A DNA stretch of 63,958 bases, counting the filler, from Phoronis australis (Eukaryota; Animalia; Phoronida): the NCBI GenBank assembly GCA_002633005.1. It is 7 parts of 7 records of this genome, joined end to end, with 100 filler letters (N's around TTAATTAATTAA, not from the genome) between each part and the next. Parts side by side here need not be neighbours in the genome. Positions count along the whole stretch, not along the records: positions 1 to 30,867 come from NMRA01001014.1; positions 30,968 to 37,144 come from NMRA01002210.1; 5 more parts are not named here. One strand, 5' to 3'. Numbering within the stretch: position 1 is the first letter of the stretch; each line of letters begins with the position of its first letter. Made by a program: the position numbers and the translations under genes. This document shows, one piece after another, positions 25,401 to 37,244 of the stretch. Below the pieces are notes generated by a model that worked only from the letters and a program-made list of their open reading frames with translations, had not been told where the DNA came from and did no database searches.

Positions 25401-28382
25401 ACACAAACTTACCCACAAATGGCGTGACTTCAGGCCAGACCCACTGTTGAATAGTTTGTTACGACCAGTTTTCAAGAGGTGGGGGCATCGCTTACGGGAC
25501 GAAGGGGTATTCCTTCATCAGAATGCGGGTTCGTGCTATTCTGGGTTATCTCTGTGAGCTTCATGTTGGGCCCCGCTTTGTCAGACGTGCTCGTTATAAC
25601 GTATGGTTTCAACAGAGAATTAGCTGAGTTGACAAAGTAAATCACACATTTTAATTTTGAAAATTTAAAACACGTTTGCGTGTGTATGTGTGAATTTTGT
25701 CAAAAACCGTATGCCAGGAATGCTGTTTGATAAAGCTGTTTCGGGTTAAGTTGATTTTGAAATTTGTTATGTACATGTATTTTTTCAATTCAAATTCCAA
25801 TTCAAATGTAACAACAGCTGATCCATGTTTCAACTTTTACTTCGACTTTTCACATTAGTATAAGTTGTGTTTTAATGTTACCTTCAGTCCACACTTTTTC
25901 TCTAGCAGGAAGACATCTTTCCACAATAGCGTATATATCTCCGTCGCCTTCGCTCCCGTTGTTCCAAAGCAACCCAACAGGATCTTCAAGGGTTTCTCAG
26001 ATGTCAAACCAACTACAAAAAAACAAGAACGTGAGTGGAAACTTTGCTACTGTTGCGGGCATACCCCACAATCTCACCAGTCCTCTCATCGTAGACGTGT
26101 TCAGATAATCAATCGGGTAACTCGCAACCTATGCTTTTCAGTCGGCCATTGAAAACAATAGAAACTCCCATACTGCAAATTAACCAACAAAGGACAATCG
26201 TTGTTTGCATAAGTCCACATATACATTGAACACTTGGGCAACATATCAGAGTCTCTGTTTACAACCGTTGTTTCATACAACTGGCTAGAAGCCTAATAGC
26301 ATGCAGGGGAATACAGAAATGTGATTAATAGACAAATACAGTGCAGGGATCTGATGTTTTTGCCCATTGGTCTGAATGCTTTATATAGCCTTACTCTTCC
26401 CAAGACATAACAATTTATTGCATACTTGTGGCACATCATTTTGTTAACAGTTGTTCTGTTACGGTTATATGGTGTTACATTGTAATTTAATAACAACATA
26501 CACAAACCAAGTCTTATCTACCAACTTCACTTACCAAGTCTTCTCTAATCTTCATCTCGTCGTGAAAGAGAACGACGTATCGCCCTTTCTCCGTGAATTT
26601 CTTCACAATACTCTTCAGTTCTTCGATAACCTGTTAAAATGCCGAATTACTATATGTGACTGAGCAGTTCATAAGGTTGAGATAAAGAAATATTGACTCA
26701 ATATTCCTGAAATATTCCATACTAAAAAGTATGTTCGCTAGATAACCGAAAACTGAGATGTGGCACTTTTTAATGGAAAATGCGATAAGATAAGAAATAA
26801 AATTATAATTTTTATTTGTTTGCTTTTCTTCATCTCTTACTACTTATCAGAATTGCGTTCAAAGTGATGTGTTCATAAACTTAATGTCTATTTTCTTTAA
26901 TTTTGTTGTGTCAAATGATGCAAAAAATCAGCCCCGGACGAACACTGCTTCCACCTTTTGGCGGGCAGCATCAGGGTCATTTGGAATAACAAAGAATGTA
27001 CTACCATCCAATTTTGAATGTGTACCACATCGTACTCTATGTCACTATGCCGAATGAGCGACCACGCGGCGTTATCTTCCAAAAACTCTACTACGGACTG
27101 AAATTTGTTCTCCTTGGATATTTTTCCTTAGTCCTCACAATCGTATGTATCGGGGATATTTTGGCTGACGACTTCATCTTGTGCAGGCCAATTGGGCTAG
27201 AGAGATACGAAATAAACTTAATTTGGAGACAAGAAGTGCCAGAAAAGTTCACAAGTGTCAATGCCAGGTTGTGAAACTAAGAAATATCATTGATTGCTGT
27301 TGATATCAAATTTTCCTAATTGTGGTTTAGAGTATTTTAAAAAAGTGTTGTGTGCTTACTTTGACGGAATCAATTTCAACAAATCTTAACAGGCGGGGGT
27401 CTTCACTGAAGGAAGCGCAGGATCAGTCAGCGTCTGTTATGTAGTGAACAATGGACATTATCAATTTTCAGTTTCAAATTGAAACTGAGAAACATGATTA
27501 AAAAATAGGAACTCCAACAATCTGAATCTAGCGTTAAACAAATTGGTAAATATACAACAAGCTCTTACAGACAATACTCTGGTGGCTGGTGGTTTCCTTG
27601 GAGTAGTTGCTTTGTAAAATGACAATTTAGGCATGTGTATGGTTGGTACGCTACCTTCTTTCAATTTCAAAGAGATCCCCAAAGTGAGTGCTTCGTCTCC
27701 TTTTGTTGAGAAAATATACAAGGTCAACTTCGTAAACGTAATACAAAACGCAAGCTAATGAACAGTCCTCACCAGTTGGAATAGGGTTTTACCATTACAA
27801 TGTGCTAGTGGACAATGGACGTGATAATGGAGACAAAGGTATTTCTAATGAAGAACTCTTAAGTATGTTAACGTCATCAACAAATACTTATGGTTTCCTC
27901 AGGAGTATGGACAAACCTGGTTGTAAATGGGTCCGTCTAGCATAATGAAATGGCGTGATTTACTGCATGGACAGCTACTGTAAACCCAGCTTCGCGGAAA
28001 AGAATGAAATATGAGGTTTTTCAAATTCCAATTATCTGTAGTTCTGTGTAAGGAACAATCTGAGACCAATTCAATTCGGTTTGTAAACAAAACCAAAAGT
28101 TTTTTAAGGAGGTGGGTTTATAACAAATTACAAATTAGCTAAATTTATGAAGAAAAATTAATTTTTGTTTTAATGCTTACATGTGGTTTGGAAACAAGAC
28201 TCCTCAAAGTGTCGTGAACATATCGTAACATTTCCTCTGTTAAACGATGTATCAGACCTGCTGATCGTTTTGATCAAATCTTTTTCCCATTGTTGGTTAT
28301 GTCTAGTTATTTTGAAGAATGTCAATCCTCTATTAGACTTCTTGTTGGCTGTGCATCCTACGACAGCGCAGTTTGTTGGCAT
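22457..28382 (-). pseudogene. Multi-exon P-element (THAP9-like) transposase, decayed
   Basis: Exons: 28181-28382 THAP (CAVVGC...W...CSRHF); 27569-27699 (EGSVPTI box); 26535-26630 (VVLFHDEMKIREDL, catalytic D1); 25882-26096 (VYDERTGEIVGY); 25413-25600 (TSDKAGPN D2; DAP(H)LLKTGRN); 25166-25306 (ELTSYTMMRMPLAAE); 24766-24954 (FDRVFDCLN); 24432-24565; 22873-23026 (LCQDPLEERFGQHRSLGRRSDNPS, catalytic E); 22457-22590 (ends PPMKKRKVLD*). Frameshifts, stops and mutated acceptors are present. Confidence 0.92.
23280..24215 (+). mobile_element. 5'-truncated L2/CR1-clade LINE inserted in a transposase intron
   Basis: Translates to ISDWLVLNKLSL...NAIILPHLDYCLPVWG...IQNKAARII...RYNTRSS...LWNTLP, followed by an AT-rich 3' UTR and a (TAAA)n tail. 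Confidence 0.85.
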
Positions 28383-30867
28383 ATTGTATACATGTACTCA
28401 CTGAAGACGAAGAGAGAAATGGACATAAAGTCAAATGGGCATCATCAGTGGCAGATATAAATTTTCAGTAAGGGGCCGGGGGGGGTTAGGATTCGAGCGA
28501 ATCTGAGGCGCGTATCGCCGATAGGAGGGAAGGTCGGAAGGGTCTTTGCCCCCTACCGTGTAAGATTTGTTGTGGTTTTTAGTAGCTTATTTCGTTTTTC
28601 TGGAGACAATTTTTTTCAAGTTTTATATTTGATCCTCTCCCGAGGGGGGGATATGAACCCCCATGTAGATCCGCCTCTGGCATGTCTACTTTCATAACCA
28701 TAAATAGGTCTAAGAAAAGCTGTGTTAGAATATACTTTTGTCCTGTTGCAAATGTGATAACAAGATTTTGATTCAGATCATATGACATGTCCATAGACAT
28801 CCCAACTGTTGGCCGTGCGCAAGTGCCAACGCAACTGACAACTTGACGCCATATGGCTACTCGCCTTATAAAAATGGGCCAATTTACCTTTTTCTACGGC
28901 TGTAGACTGGTCAACCCACAGAGTGTGATTTAGTGGTTTTTAAGGGGAAACCAGTAAGATCGTGCACTTGTACGACACCTCCCCCCCCCCTCCCCCCTTG
29001 GCTGCCATAAGCAAAATAAAACAGCAACAGCGTGAATCGTGAGGAAATATTGAGTTCAGGAACTAGAACTGGTAGTGGATGGGGGGCTCAGACCCCAGAC
29101 CGCGGCGGATTTTTTTTAGTCCACCGATAGGTTTTCTCAACAGAAGGTCCATATCCAGCCCCCGCAATTCAGGCCGCCTGTGCGCATGGCACATGCAATA
29201 GCACATTGCCCAACAACTGTCAGAAGTTTTGTTCAAGACCCACAGACTGCCAATAAATAGTAACTAAAACGGTAAGTCATTCTACATCACAGACATCTGA
29301 TCGCCAAAAACAAACACAATAACAATTGTTGGAATCCCTCCCCTTATGGTATCCTAGACCCGCCACTGTTTTATCATAAAAATCGTTTCGCTAAGAACAA
29401 ATGTAGTGTATTCAGGGGTATATATTGACATGCCGCTCATTCGGGTGGTACCCACGTTCACCCCAGATATGAGCCGGCTCGGTTGGGTATATTTTCAATC
29501 GGTTTCTAGAAGGAAATTCTGTATTTTGGATGTGGGTCTGATGCTTAATTCAGTCGCACAGGTTTGATATTTTGTTACTATGCCCCCTTTTCATAGTTTT
29601 TAATCACAAAAATAGCTCGTTAGCAAGCAGTGCAACTACACATTTTTTAATGTCATCTTTGACACAAGTACGGAAAGAGGGCTTTGTTGTTTTATTACAG
29701 CAGAAAACTTTGGACTGGGCCTACACACTAAGAAATGAGTTTTTAAAGCAGTATGTGTTTCGATAAAGAATATATTATTCACTAAAATGTACTGATTTGG
29801 ACGGCTGGCGAGTAAATTAGGGTATACAGATGTTGTGCTTCAGTACAGGCGTACAAGTGAAAACATAAGTTTGTCATTGAATACCATATTTATATTTATA
29901 TTTACCTCTGAACATTTAACAAACAGTTTCATCAGTGGATAACAGCATGTGCATGTTCAATGATTTTTAACTGATTATATGGTCTCAATTAACAAGACTG
30001 AGAAGGAAACAACTCATGGTTGCAAGCTTATACCTAAAAAACCTAGTGTCAGCACCACATGGGCGAACCAAAAAATCCAATGACTGGACCAAATAACTGA
30101 ATGACTCACTCACTGGCCAAACCGAAAAACTCAACTCTTTCACTGCAGTCACTGAAGTCAGTGGCCCAGGACCCCTCTAGGTTTTTAGATTCACCCACAC
30201 TGTTTCAGCCGCGGTACAACCATGCATTATTTCAGCCCCTTCAGGATCATATGTTATTTTTAACTAAAACGGCAAGTTGGTCTACATCACAGACATCTGA
30301 CCACCAACAAACACAATAACAACTGTCAGACGTTTTGTTGAAGACCCACAGACTGCCTATAAAAAGTCACTGAAACGGCAAGTCCATGTCGTGAACACAT
30401 CCACTAAAACAAGAAACTGTAGGAACACCGCATTTATCCACCTTCACTCTTATCAGGCTTCTATTGTGAGTCAGCATGCGTGAATAATTGGGTGATAAGT
30501 CACCTCTGGAACTACTTTGGGCTGAATGGATGACCAGGCCATAAAATGATAATTAGCCAAGACCAGTTACTATAATGCAACAAAGAACAAGTAATAATGT
30601 CTTGCATCACCTAGCCTTGGTGGAAAGCTGTATACTGTATTGGCTCAAACAAACGCTTAGAAAAATTCATTTCACGGGGAGGGGACGCTTATTGTAGTGA
30701 GCCTACGGCAGTTGAAACCCGGTTTCCCAAACGGGTAAAATCGGAAGCTAGGATTCATCAAATTTACGCTCTGTGACGTATTTGTAGCCTATGACAGCCT
30801 TTCTACAAAATTGTGGTGCATTGCTATCAACTTCCGTTGTTAAATTACGATAATTTTTCAAAAAATT

Positions 30868-30967
30868 NNNNNNNNNNNNNNNNNNNNNNNNNNNNNNNNN
30901 NNNNNNNNNNNTTAATTAATTAANNNNNNNNNNNNNNNNNNNNNNNNNNNNNNNNNNNNNNNNNNNN
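30868..30967. other. Artificial contig linker (N44-TTAATTAATTAA-N44); also at 37145, 41370, 47684, 59456 and 61673
   Basis: Identical 100-bp spacers with stop codons in all six frames. Confidence 0.97.
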
Positions 30968-31604
30968 TAAAATTTAGAATTTGCTTCCGATGTAAAGCAC
31001 TTCACATACATGTAATCATCAGGTCGAATCCGGCCCGAGTAGTGACTGCGTAGATGACGATTAGAAGAGGCTTTATGAAAGCGCGTGGTCTCTACACCAA
31101 ATGGTAACACGGGAGTCTAGAAGTAAATGTCTATACCTAGCCTAAACCATATACATATAGCATTGAGAGAGCTCCCCAAAAGTACAGTAGTGTCGTGTGA
31201 ATGCCTTAAAATCGACGAAAAACAAAACAGCAGAAAATGGTCTTGTTATTTGCTACTTTGGTGTACTTTCTAGCATATTATGGATAGAGTGCAGGCATTT
31301 TCAAATTTCGAATTGAAAGTGATCGTCAAATATCTTGTTCATCTAGTGTCCACTTTGTTTGTAGATTGGTGGATTGACATATGCATGCGTGTACACGTGT
31401 TTGCGTTTCCGTTCTTTTAAATTCAGTACTCGCCGACGGTAAGTTCACCGAATACTCTGTCGTTTTCTGCACTGAGAAATTCCCAAAATGTTCACATTTT
31501 TAGGTAAGTCTAGACCTAATTAAAACTTTGATCAATGAAGAAAGTCTTCTCGCAGATTTCATACGAGCAACAATCTTGCTGGAAAAGATTTCCAAGAAGG
31601 TTAC

Positions 31605-32441
31605 ATGGAAGGTCCAATACTCCGAAAGTTCGCTACCTTCGTAAGTTCACTACTCCAAATGTCCACAATTCCGAAACCAGACCTCCGACAATTCATTAAC
31701 TCTGATTTTCTACTAATGATTCAGAACTGAAATGAATAAGGCGTTGTATTTGTGTTCATTTAGTAACCATTTAAAGGTTGTGCAAGAGTTGAATAGTCCT
31801 AAAAAATTGATTAACATTGTTTACAAAAGAGCTCAGTTCCAATCACTGGCAATCGTGATTCTTGAATCAAACTAAAGACTCATTCTCAATTAGGGACATC
31901 ATCTGGGGCACGGTTCCGAGATGTGGCGACCAACGGCGGTTTTAACTTTAGAAAGACTGAATGAGACTTCGTTTAGACTGGCAGGGACAGGGTAGCCTAT
32001 TAACTACATTTGGTTTCGACCCGGCCGTGAGAGTAGTTCCGGTGGGTGAGGTTGAATCGTGGCGGCCCTATAAACTTTTCTTACGCTCTGTAAGAGGATG
32101 CAATCTTGACATGGCATTGATGAATGTATCGTGGTTGATAATTCATCAACGTTTCTACTTCATATTCTTTTAGAAATCCAGGTACGTACTCATTTTCCCG
32201 TGTTCGCAACACATGCGGACAATTTCACATGGACAAGAAATCCTAACAAAGTGATTTATTAGCCGGGTGTATTGTTGTCGGTATAGTTGCATCTAATAAC
32301 CGAAGTGTCGCTTTTTTGCATGTAAAGTTACACCCGAGTCAGAAATTTAGACATTTTTGGAGTAGTGAACCTTCGGAGTGATGCACCTTCGAAGTAGTAA
32401 ACCTTCGGAATAGTGAACCTTCGGAATAGTGGGTTGTTCCC
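31605..32441. mobile_element. MITE with 18-bp subterminal repeats
   Basis: Right end has tandem (CTTCGGAATAGTGAAC-like) units. Left end has the inverted copies (gttcactactcc, tactccgaaagttc). Confidence 0.55.
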
Positions 32442-32898
32442 ATTTCCAGCGATGTAAGCAACTTTTAACAAAAATACAATCAGATGAAAAATTACGTCAA
32501 GACATTTCCAGACTAAATATTACCGTCTGAGTATGTAACGAGGTGTACTTAATCATTTAAAAAAGCCCGATTTGAAAGTTTGGCAGGAGGTAACACGAGA
32601 ACGTTAGGCTTATATTGATGGAACGCATTACGTCCGAATATGAGTCCCGTTTTTTGCGAGCAACCGTCACGACATCCTCATTTCCGGTCTTACAAATTCC
32701 GTATTATCTCAGGAACATAGAGCTGAGAGCCATCGTTGCCGTGGATACAGAGTTCCCTTTCCTCATAATTAAGCTTCAAGCGCCTTATCGAAAACTCTAG
32801 TGTCGACGTTTGCAAAAGGTCCACCTTTCTAGAAATTCGAATCACCCCCCGCGCAATGCTGGCTACGGGCCTGGACATGCACACAGAAATAGCCTCAC

Positions 32899-33085
32899 CC
32901 TTCTCAATACTCAGAGAGTCGAAGGCCCTGTAACCTGCATTCAAAATGCCGTGTTGTTCTCCCTCGGCCATCACTGCTCGGTAGACGTTAACGCACTCAT
33001 CCTTTGGAATGAGTAGATCCCATCCCAGTTCACCAACGAACGAGTGACGGACAGCACGCACTTCATGTCCAGCAACAGATAAGAT
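32899..33085 (-). CDS. SARDH: Sarcosine dehydrogenase exon (aminomethyltransferase/GcvT-like domain)
   Basis: [62 protein letters not shown]; canonical AG/GT boundaries. Confidence 0.92.
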
Positions 33086-33480
33086 CTGTAGTGGAAATAT
33101 AAAAAAGTAATGGAATCGAATCAGTGAAAATCACGGGAGATCCAGGATTGTGAGTTGGGGGGAGGGGGGGGTGCCGGGCAGAGTATTAGCCTGGATTTTT
33201 CCCGTCAGNACGATACTGACAATTTCAGTACACCTGTATCATTTGTCTACTTGCTTCGATTTTGCACACGACGTTTCACTTCGCTCGAGTCCTGGCTGCC
33301 ATTAGCTTGAATTAAGATGGCGCCAAGACGGGCATTTTAACGTTTAAGTAAAATTTTATCTTGCTGAATATGAGAGGCAAAGTCGAATGATTGATGAAAT
33401 TTTTAGAAGAACATAGTGTATCCGTATGTTAGTTCATAAGAGAATTACGAAATGTAATGCACATCCAATAGCATGATTAC

Positions 33481-33550
33481 CTTGTTTGTTGAAAACGGAA
33501 ACGCGTCGTTGCTTAGATCACCATCTGTTAGGGCTTGAATAACATCCCGA
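33481..33550 (-). CDS. SARDH: Sarcosine dehydrogenase exon
   Basis: (S)RDVIQALTDGDLSNDAFPFSTNK; phases compatible with both neighbours. Confidence 0.9.
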
Positions 33551-34251
33551 CTGAAATTGGTCGAATTTTAATTTAGCATTTCTGACCAAATGGCTTCAGG
33601 TGCTATGTTTATCATCCATACATGTACGTCAAGATTACACCATCATACCTAGAGGGTACTTTGGGTCTGCGTCGTTCACACTATGATTCCAGCTAGATTA
33701 CACCCTGGCCTTAAGGAAATACCTAACATTTTGGGCATAAGAAATAAAACATTTCCAAGGAGAATAAATCCACCTAAACAATAGTTGTCACGGAACCGGC
33801 CGGCATGGCTACAAAGATGATGACGTAAAACTGGATCAGTCGCAGAAGTAGGGTTTCGTTATGATAACATAGGTACGAATGACACGAAAAGTTGACTCGA
33901 CTTGAAGTGCGCTCGGATTTTCCAATTTTGTCGCCAGCTGAGGGGCAACAGAACATCCGGGAGTGGGTATACGTTTCGACCTCCAAAGATACGCGTGCAC
34001 GAACCCTTGGTACCGTTTTTTTGCTGTCAATACACCTTTTTTCACCTACATTGTACTAAAAAGACGGGAACCAACCAATGATGTTCTGGTAGAAAGTCAA
34101 AGCTCTGATACTTCAGGTTTTCTAGTTTCAGGAAATGTTAACTTTTGCGCACATACATTGTACACACATTTGTCAGTAAGAGTAAGGTTCTCCATAAGTT
34201 TAGACAACGGTAACGGTCAGGAAGGGTGAACATTCTGACATCAGACAACAC

Positions 34252-34399
34252 CTTTTAGGACCTTGAACACTCAACATTCCCATATCTTCGGACACATCCA
34301 GCAGCTCACAGTCAAACTTCTCGTCCTGTAGTACGTTTATGATATGACTTAAGTTATGCTGTGTGGTGGCGCCACTTACTGAGATGTAAAAACCACGAC
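34252..34399 (-). CDS. SARDH: Sarcosine dehydrogenase exon
   Basis: [49 protein letters not shown]; AG/GT boundaries. Confidence 0.92.
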
Positions 34400-34598
34400 C
34401 TGTGTGAAAAACCAAGATGTCCACAACAAATCAAACAGAAACGGTCAAACGATATCATTTATTGGAGAAAAAATAGACGGGACTTATGAATCAAGTGGAC
34501 TGTTCAGAAATAGTGCTGAGATACGGTTGGTTGTAGTCATGGTCTACCTACTGTAAGAGGCGAATGTACTGAGTACACTCAATATTTCGCATTTTGCA

Positions 34599-35330
34599 CA
34601 CAGGTGTCCTCAGCTTCTGATCGTCCCCAATACACTAGGCCCACATATAATAATACGAGGTATGACACTCGCGATTAGAAGTTCCAGGGGTGCTTCGATT
34701 CAGCCGTCCATATCAAACACATAACTTAATAAATTTACACAAAACAGGGTTTCAACAAACCATGACAAATTGTTCTTTCTAATAATACAATTCACGGTGT
34801 CCTGCTCCAGCGAGTTCGCAAGAAATTCACAGTCAAAGCACAGAAATGTTCCCAAAAAGCCCAAACAAACTTCGCACTTTGACGGTTCGAAGTCAAGGAC
34901 GGTATGGAAATTGCCGGTTTGTCGAGGGCAAGGATGGTACGGAAATTACCGATGAATTACGGATGGACGGCGTTATCGACATCGTGACTTTACGCGACAA
35001 ACCGGCAATTTCCGTACCGTCCTTGACTTCGAACCGTCAAAATGCGAATGGGTGTTTGGGCTTTTTGGGAACATTTTTGTGCTTTGACAGCGAATTTCTT
35101 GAGAACTCGCAGGAGCATGACACCGTTAATGGTATTATATGAAAGAACACTTTCTCATGCCGTTTGTTGAACCTCTGTTTTGTATAAATTAATTAAGTTA
35201 TGTGTTTAATATGGACGGCTGAATCGAAGCACCCGTGGAATTCTAGTCCCGAGTGTCATACCTTGTGTCCTTGTGGCAGTATACATGTATAGTGTATTGG
35301 GGACGCGATCAGAAGCTGAGGACGCCTGTG
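34599..35330. mobile_element. Foldback MITE (732 bp) with about 325-bp TIRs and 8-bp TSD, P-type ends
   Basis: CACAGGTGTCCTCAGC / GCTGAGGACGCCTGTG termini. TSD ATTTTGCA (34591-34598, 35331-35338). Lies in a SARDH intron. Confidence 0.88.
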
Positions 35331-35810
35331 ATTTTGCATAGGATGTCTTGGTTCCTTGTTAACCCCATAGACATGTCAACGGGACTCCGTGGTCATAAAA
35401 GAACTGAGGACTACTGTTACCGTCGTCGCCGAAATTCTGCAGGCCATCGTAGATTCGCTCTTTCTAATGTCTTGTACCTCAAAGGCAAATCACGTCCGAT
35501 GCAATTTTTAATGTTAGAAAACCAATAAATAAGCACGACCACAGCAGACTGGTGTCATCTAATTGTTCCCATAGAAACTACTAAGGTTACGAGAGATTTG
35601 GCATCCTGCGTCCATCAGATATAATGTCAAGGTCAAATCTCGTTGGTACCAAAGGCTGTCCTTACATTGACTTCGCCGGTTCCGCCGGGTCAACCGGCTA
35701 AGATTAGTTTGTAAGTTGTCACGGTTATAAAAAAAAGCAGATCAGTGTTTTAGTCAAAACAGATAAAGTCAATCAAGTGCAGCTACTGGTTTTCAACTAC
35801 TACAATTTAC

Positions 35811-35921
35811 CTTCAAATGTAGGAGAGTGCGGTTTACCATCGCCTGGTTCGATGACGCAAACAGTCATGTCACTCTCTATACCACCGAACTTGTTCAACA
35901 TACACGTGTACACTGCAGAAC
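35811..35921 (-). CDS. SARDH: Sarcosine dehydrogenase exon
   Basis: GSAVYTCMLNKFGGIESDMTVCVIEPGDGKPHSPTFE. The PxFEG insertion favours SARDH over DMGDH or PDPR. Confidence 0.92.
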
Positions 35922-37244
35922 CTGTGGGTAAATTTAAAGCCTTCAGTCGTTTCCCAAATGACACCCAAATGCGCATGCTAATAGCTATGACTCATCTCCA
36001 TAGATTTCATTCACTAAGGGCTACATGAACTGACTGAGTCTCCCGCGTTCTGTCTTAAACTGCATGACACCACACTGTATCCTTAACAGGCTGTTCTGAG
36101 AGACCCTCCCAAAGTTACGTCGTCTCAATCATGATTTCACAGAAGACGAATCACAAACTTAATGCTCAATCAGTTTATTATTATACTTTCTAGCTCACTC
36201 TTCAATACTACATGTATGTAGAGTAAATCGTGAGTACATGTATGTTGATATTTCATCATTAAGTCTTGTGTAAATCTTTTCATAATTGAAACAACTTCCC
36301 ATGTTTAACCTGAAGACGTACACGTAGAGTGTGTAGCCATAGTACAGTTTGAAAGCAGTTCGTTTTCGATTCCCTGAATGTGAAATACGTCCAGATGTAA
36401 TGCTTTCTAACGCTTTCTTTGCTTAACTGTTATTATTGCACATTGAAATAAACATTAAAAAATGAAATCACTGAATGTCCAAAGGAAATCGGCTAACCAG
36501 TGTCATAGCAGGACGAATAGTGTACTACATTGGGACACGAAGTCAACATACATGTACTGTACGCTATATTGTTCTGCCTTCCCAGAGTTCAAAAGCGACA
36601 TCTGGTTGATCCAATTTCAAATTCTGGTAGTCAAGCCGGGCAGAGCAAATTAAGACGAAACACAATTTCTCCCATTCACGGCCATTTAGCGACGTTGGGC
36701 TGCTACACGTACAATTGTGATTTGATCATTCAACGGAATGGTGATTGCAAAGAATTAAAAACCCTGTGAAATTCGACTGCTATGAAATCTGGATCCAAGT
36801 TACGTGTACACTGTAAGTGGAGATGTTTAACTTATCGTCAATTAGTGACGCACCAAATTTCAACATGTCGCGTTGCCTCGCAAAATGGGTATAAATCCAA
36901 AAGGCAGATATAGGTCAGTGGTTCTCGTCTGTGTTAATTGCTTAAAAAATCGAATCGGTCCTGCGAATTTTTTTACTTGCTTACTTTTACAAAAAAGAAG
37001 TCTACATGAGACGAGCAAAAACGACGCCTGGTTGTTCTTTTTCTTTACTCGTCGCTTGGCAAAACAAGGCGTTTCAAAACTTGCTCAACCTTCCTCACTT
37101 GCCGTTGTGCAGTTTTTCAGAAACAAACACCAGAACTTGACTGANNNNNNNNNNNNNNNNNNNNNNNNNNNNNNNNNNNNNNNNNNNNTTAATTAATTAA
37201 NNNNNNNNNNNNNNNNNNNNNNNNNNNNNNNNNNNNNNNNNNNN

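Noticed and set aside
18535-29582. Candidate termini of the P element (CATAG at 18535; CATAGTAAC at 18837 with GTTACTATG ending at 29582)
   Set aside because: At most a 9-bp inverted match and no target-site duplication; element ends remain undetermined.
30968-31110. RIRPDD peptide as the next SARDH exon
   Set aside because: Lacks the expected GYRHWH and downstream PLEAGL motifs; chance similarity.
28400-33085. Functional linkage between SARDH and the P-element locus
   Set aside because: Separated by an artificial linker at 30868-30967, so adjacency is not established.
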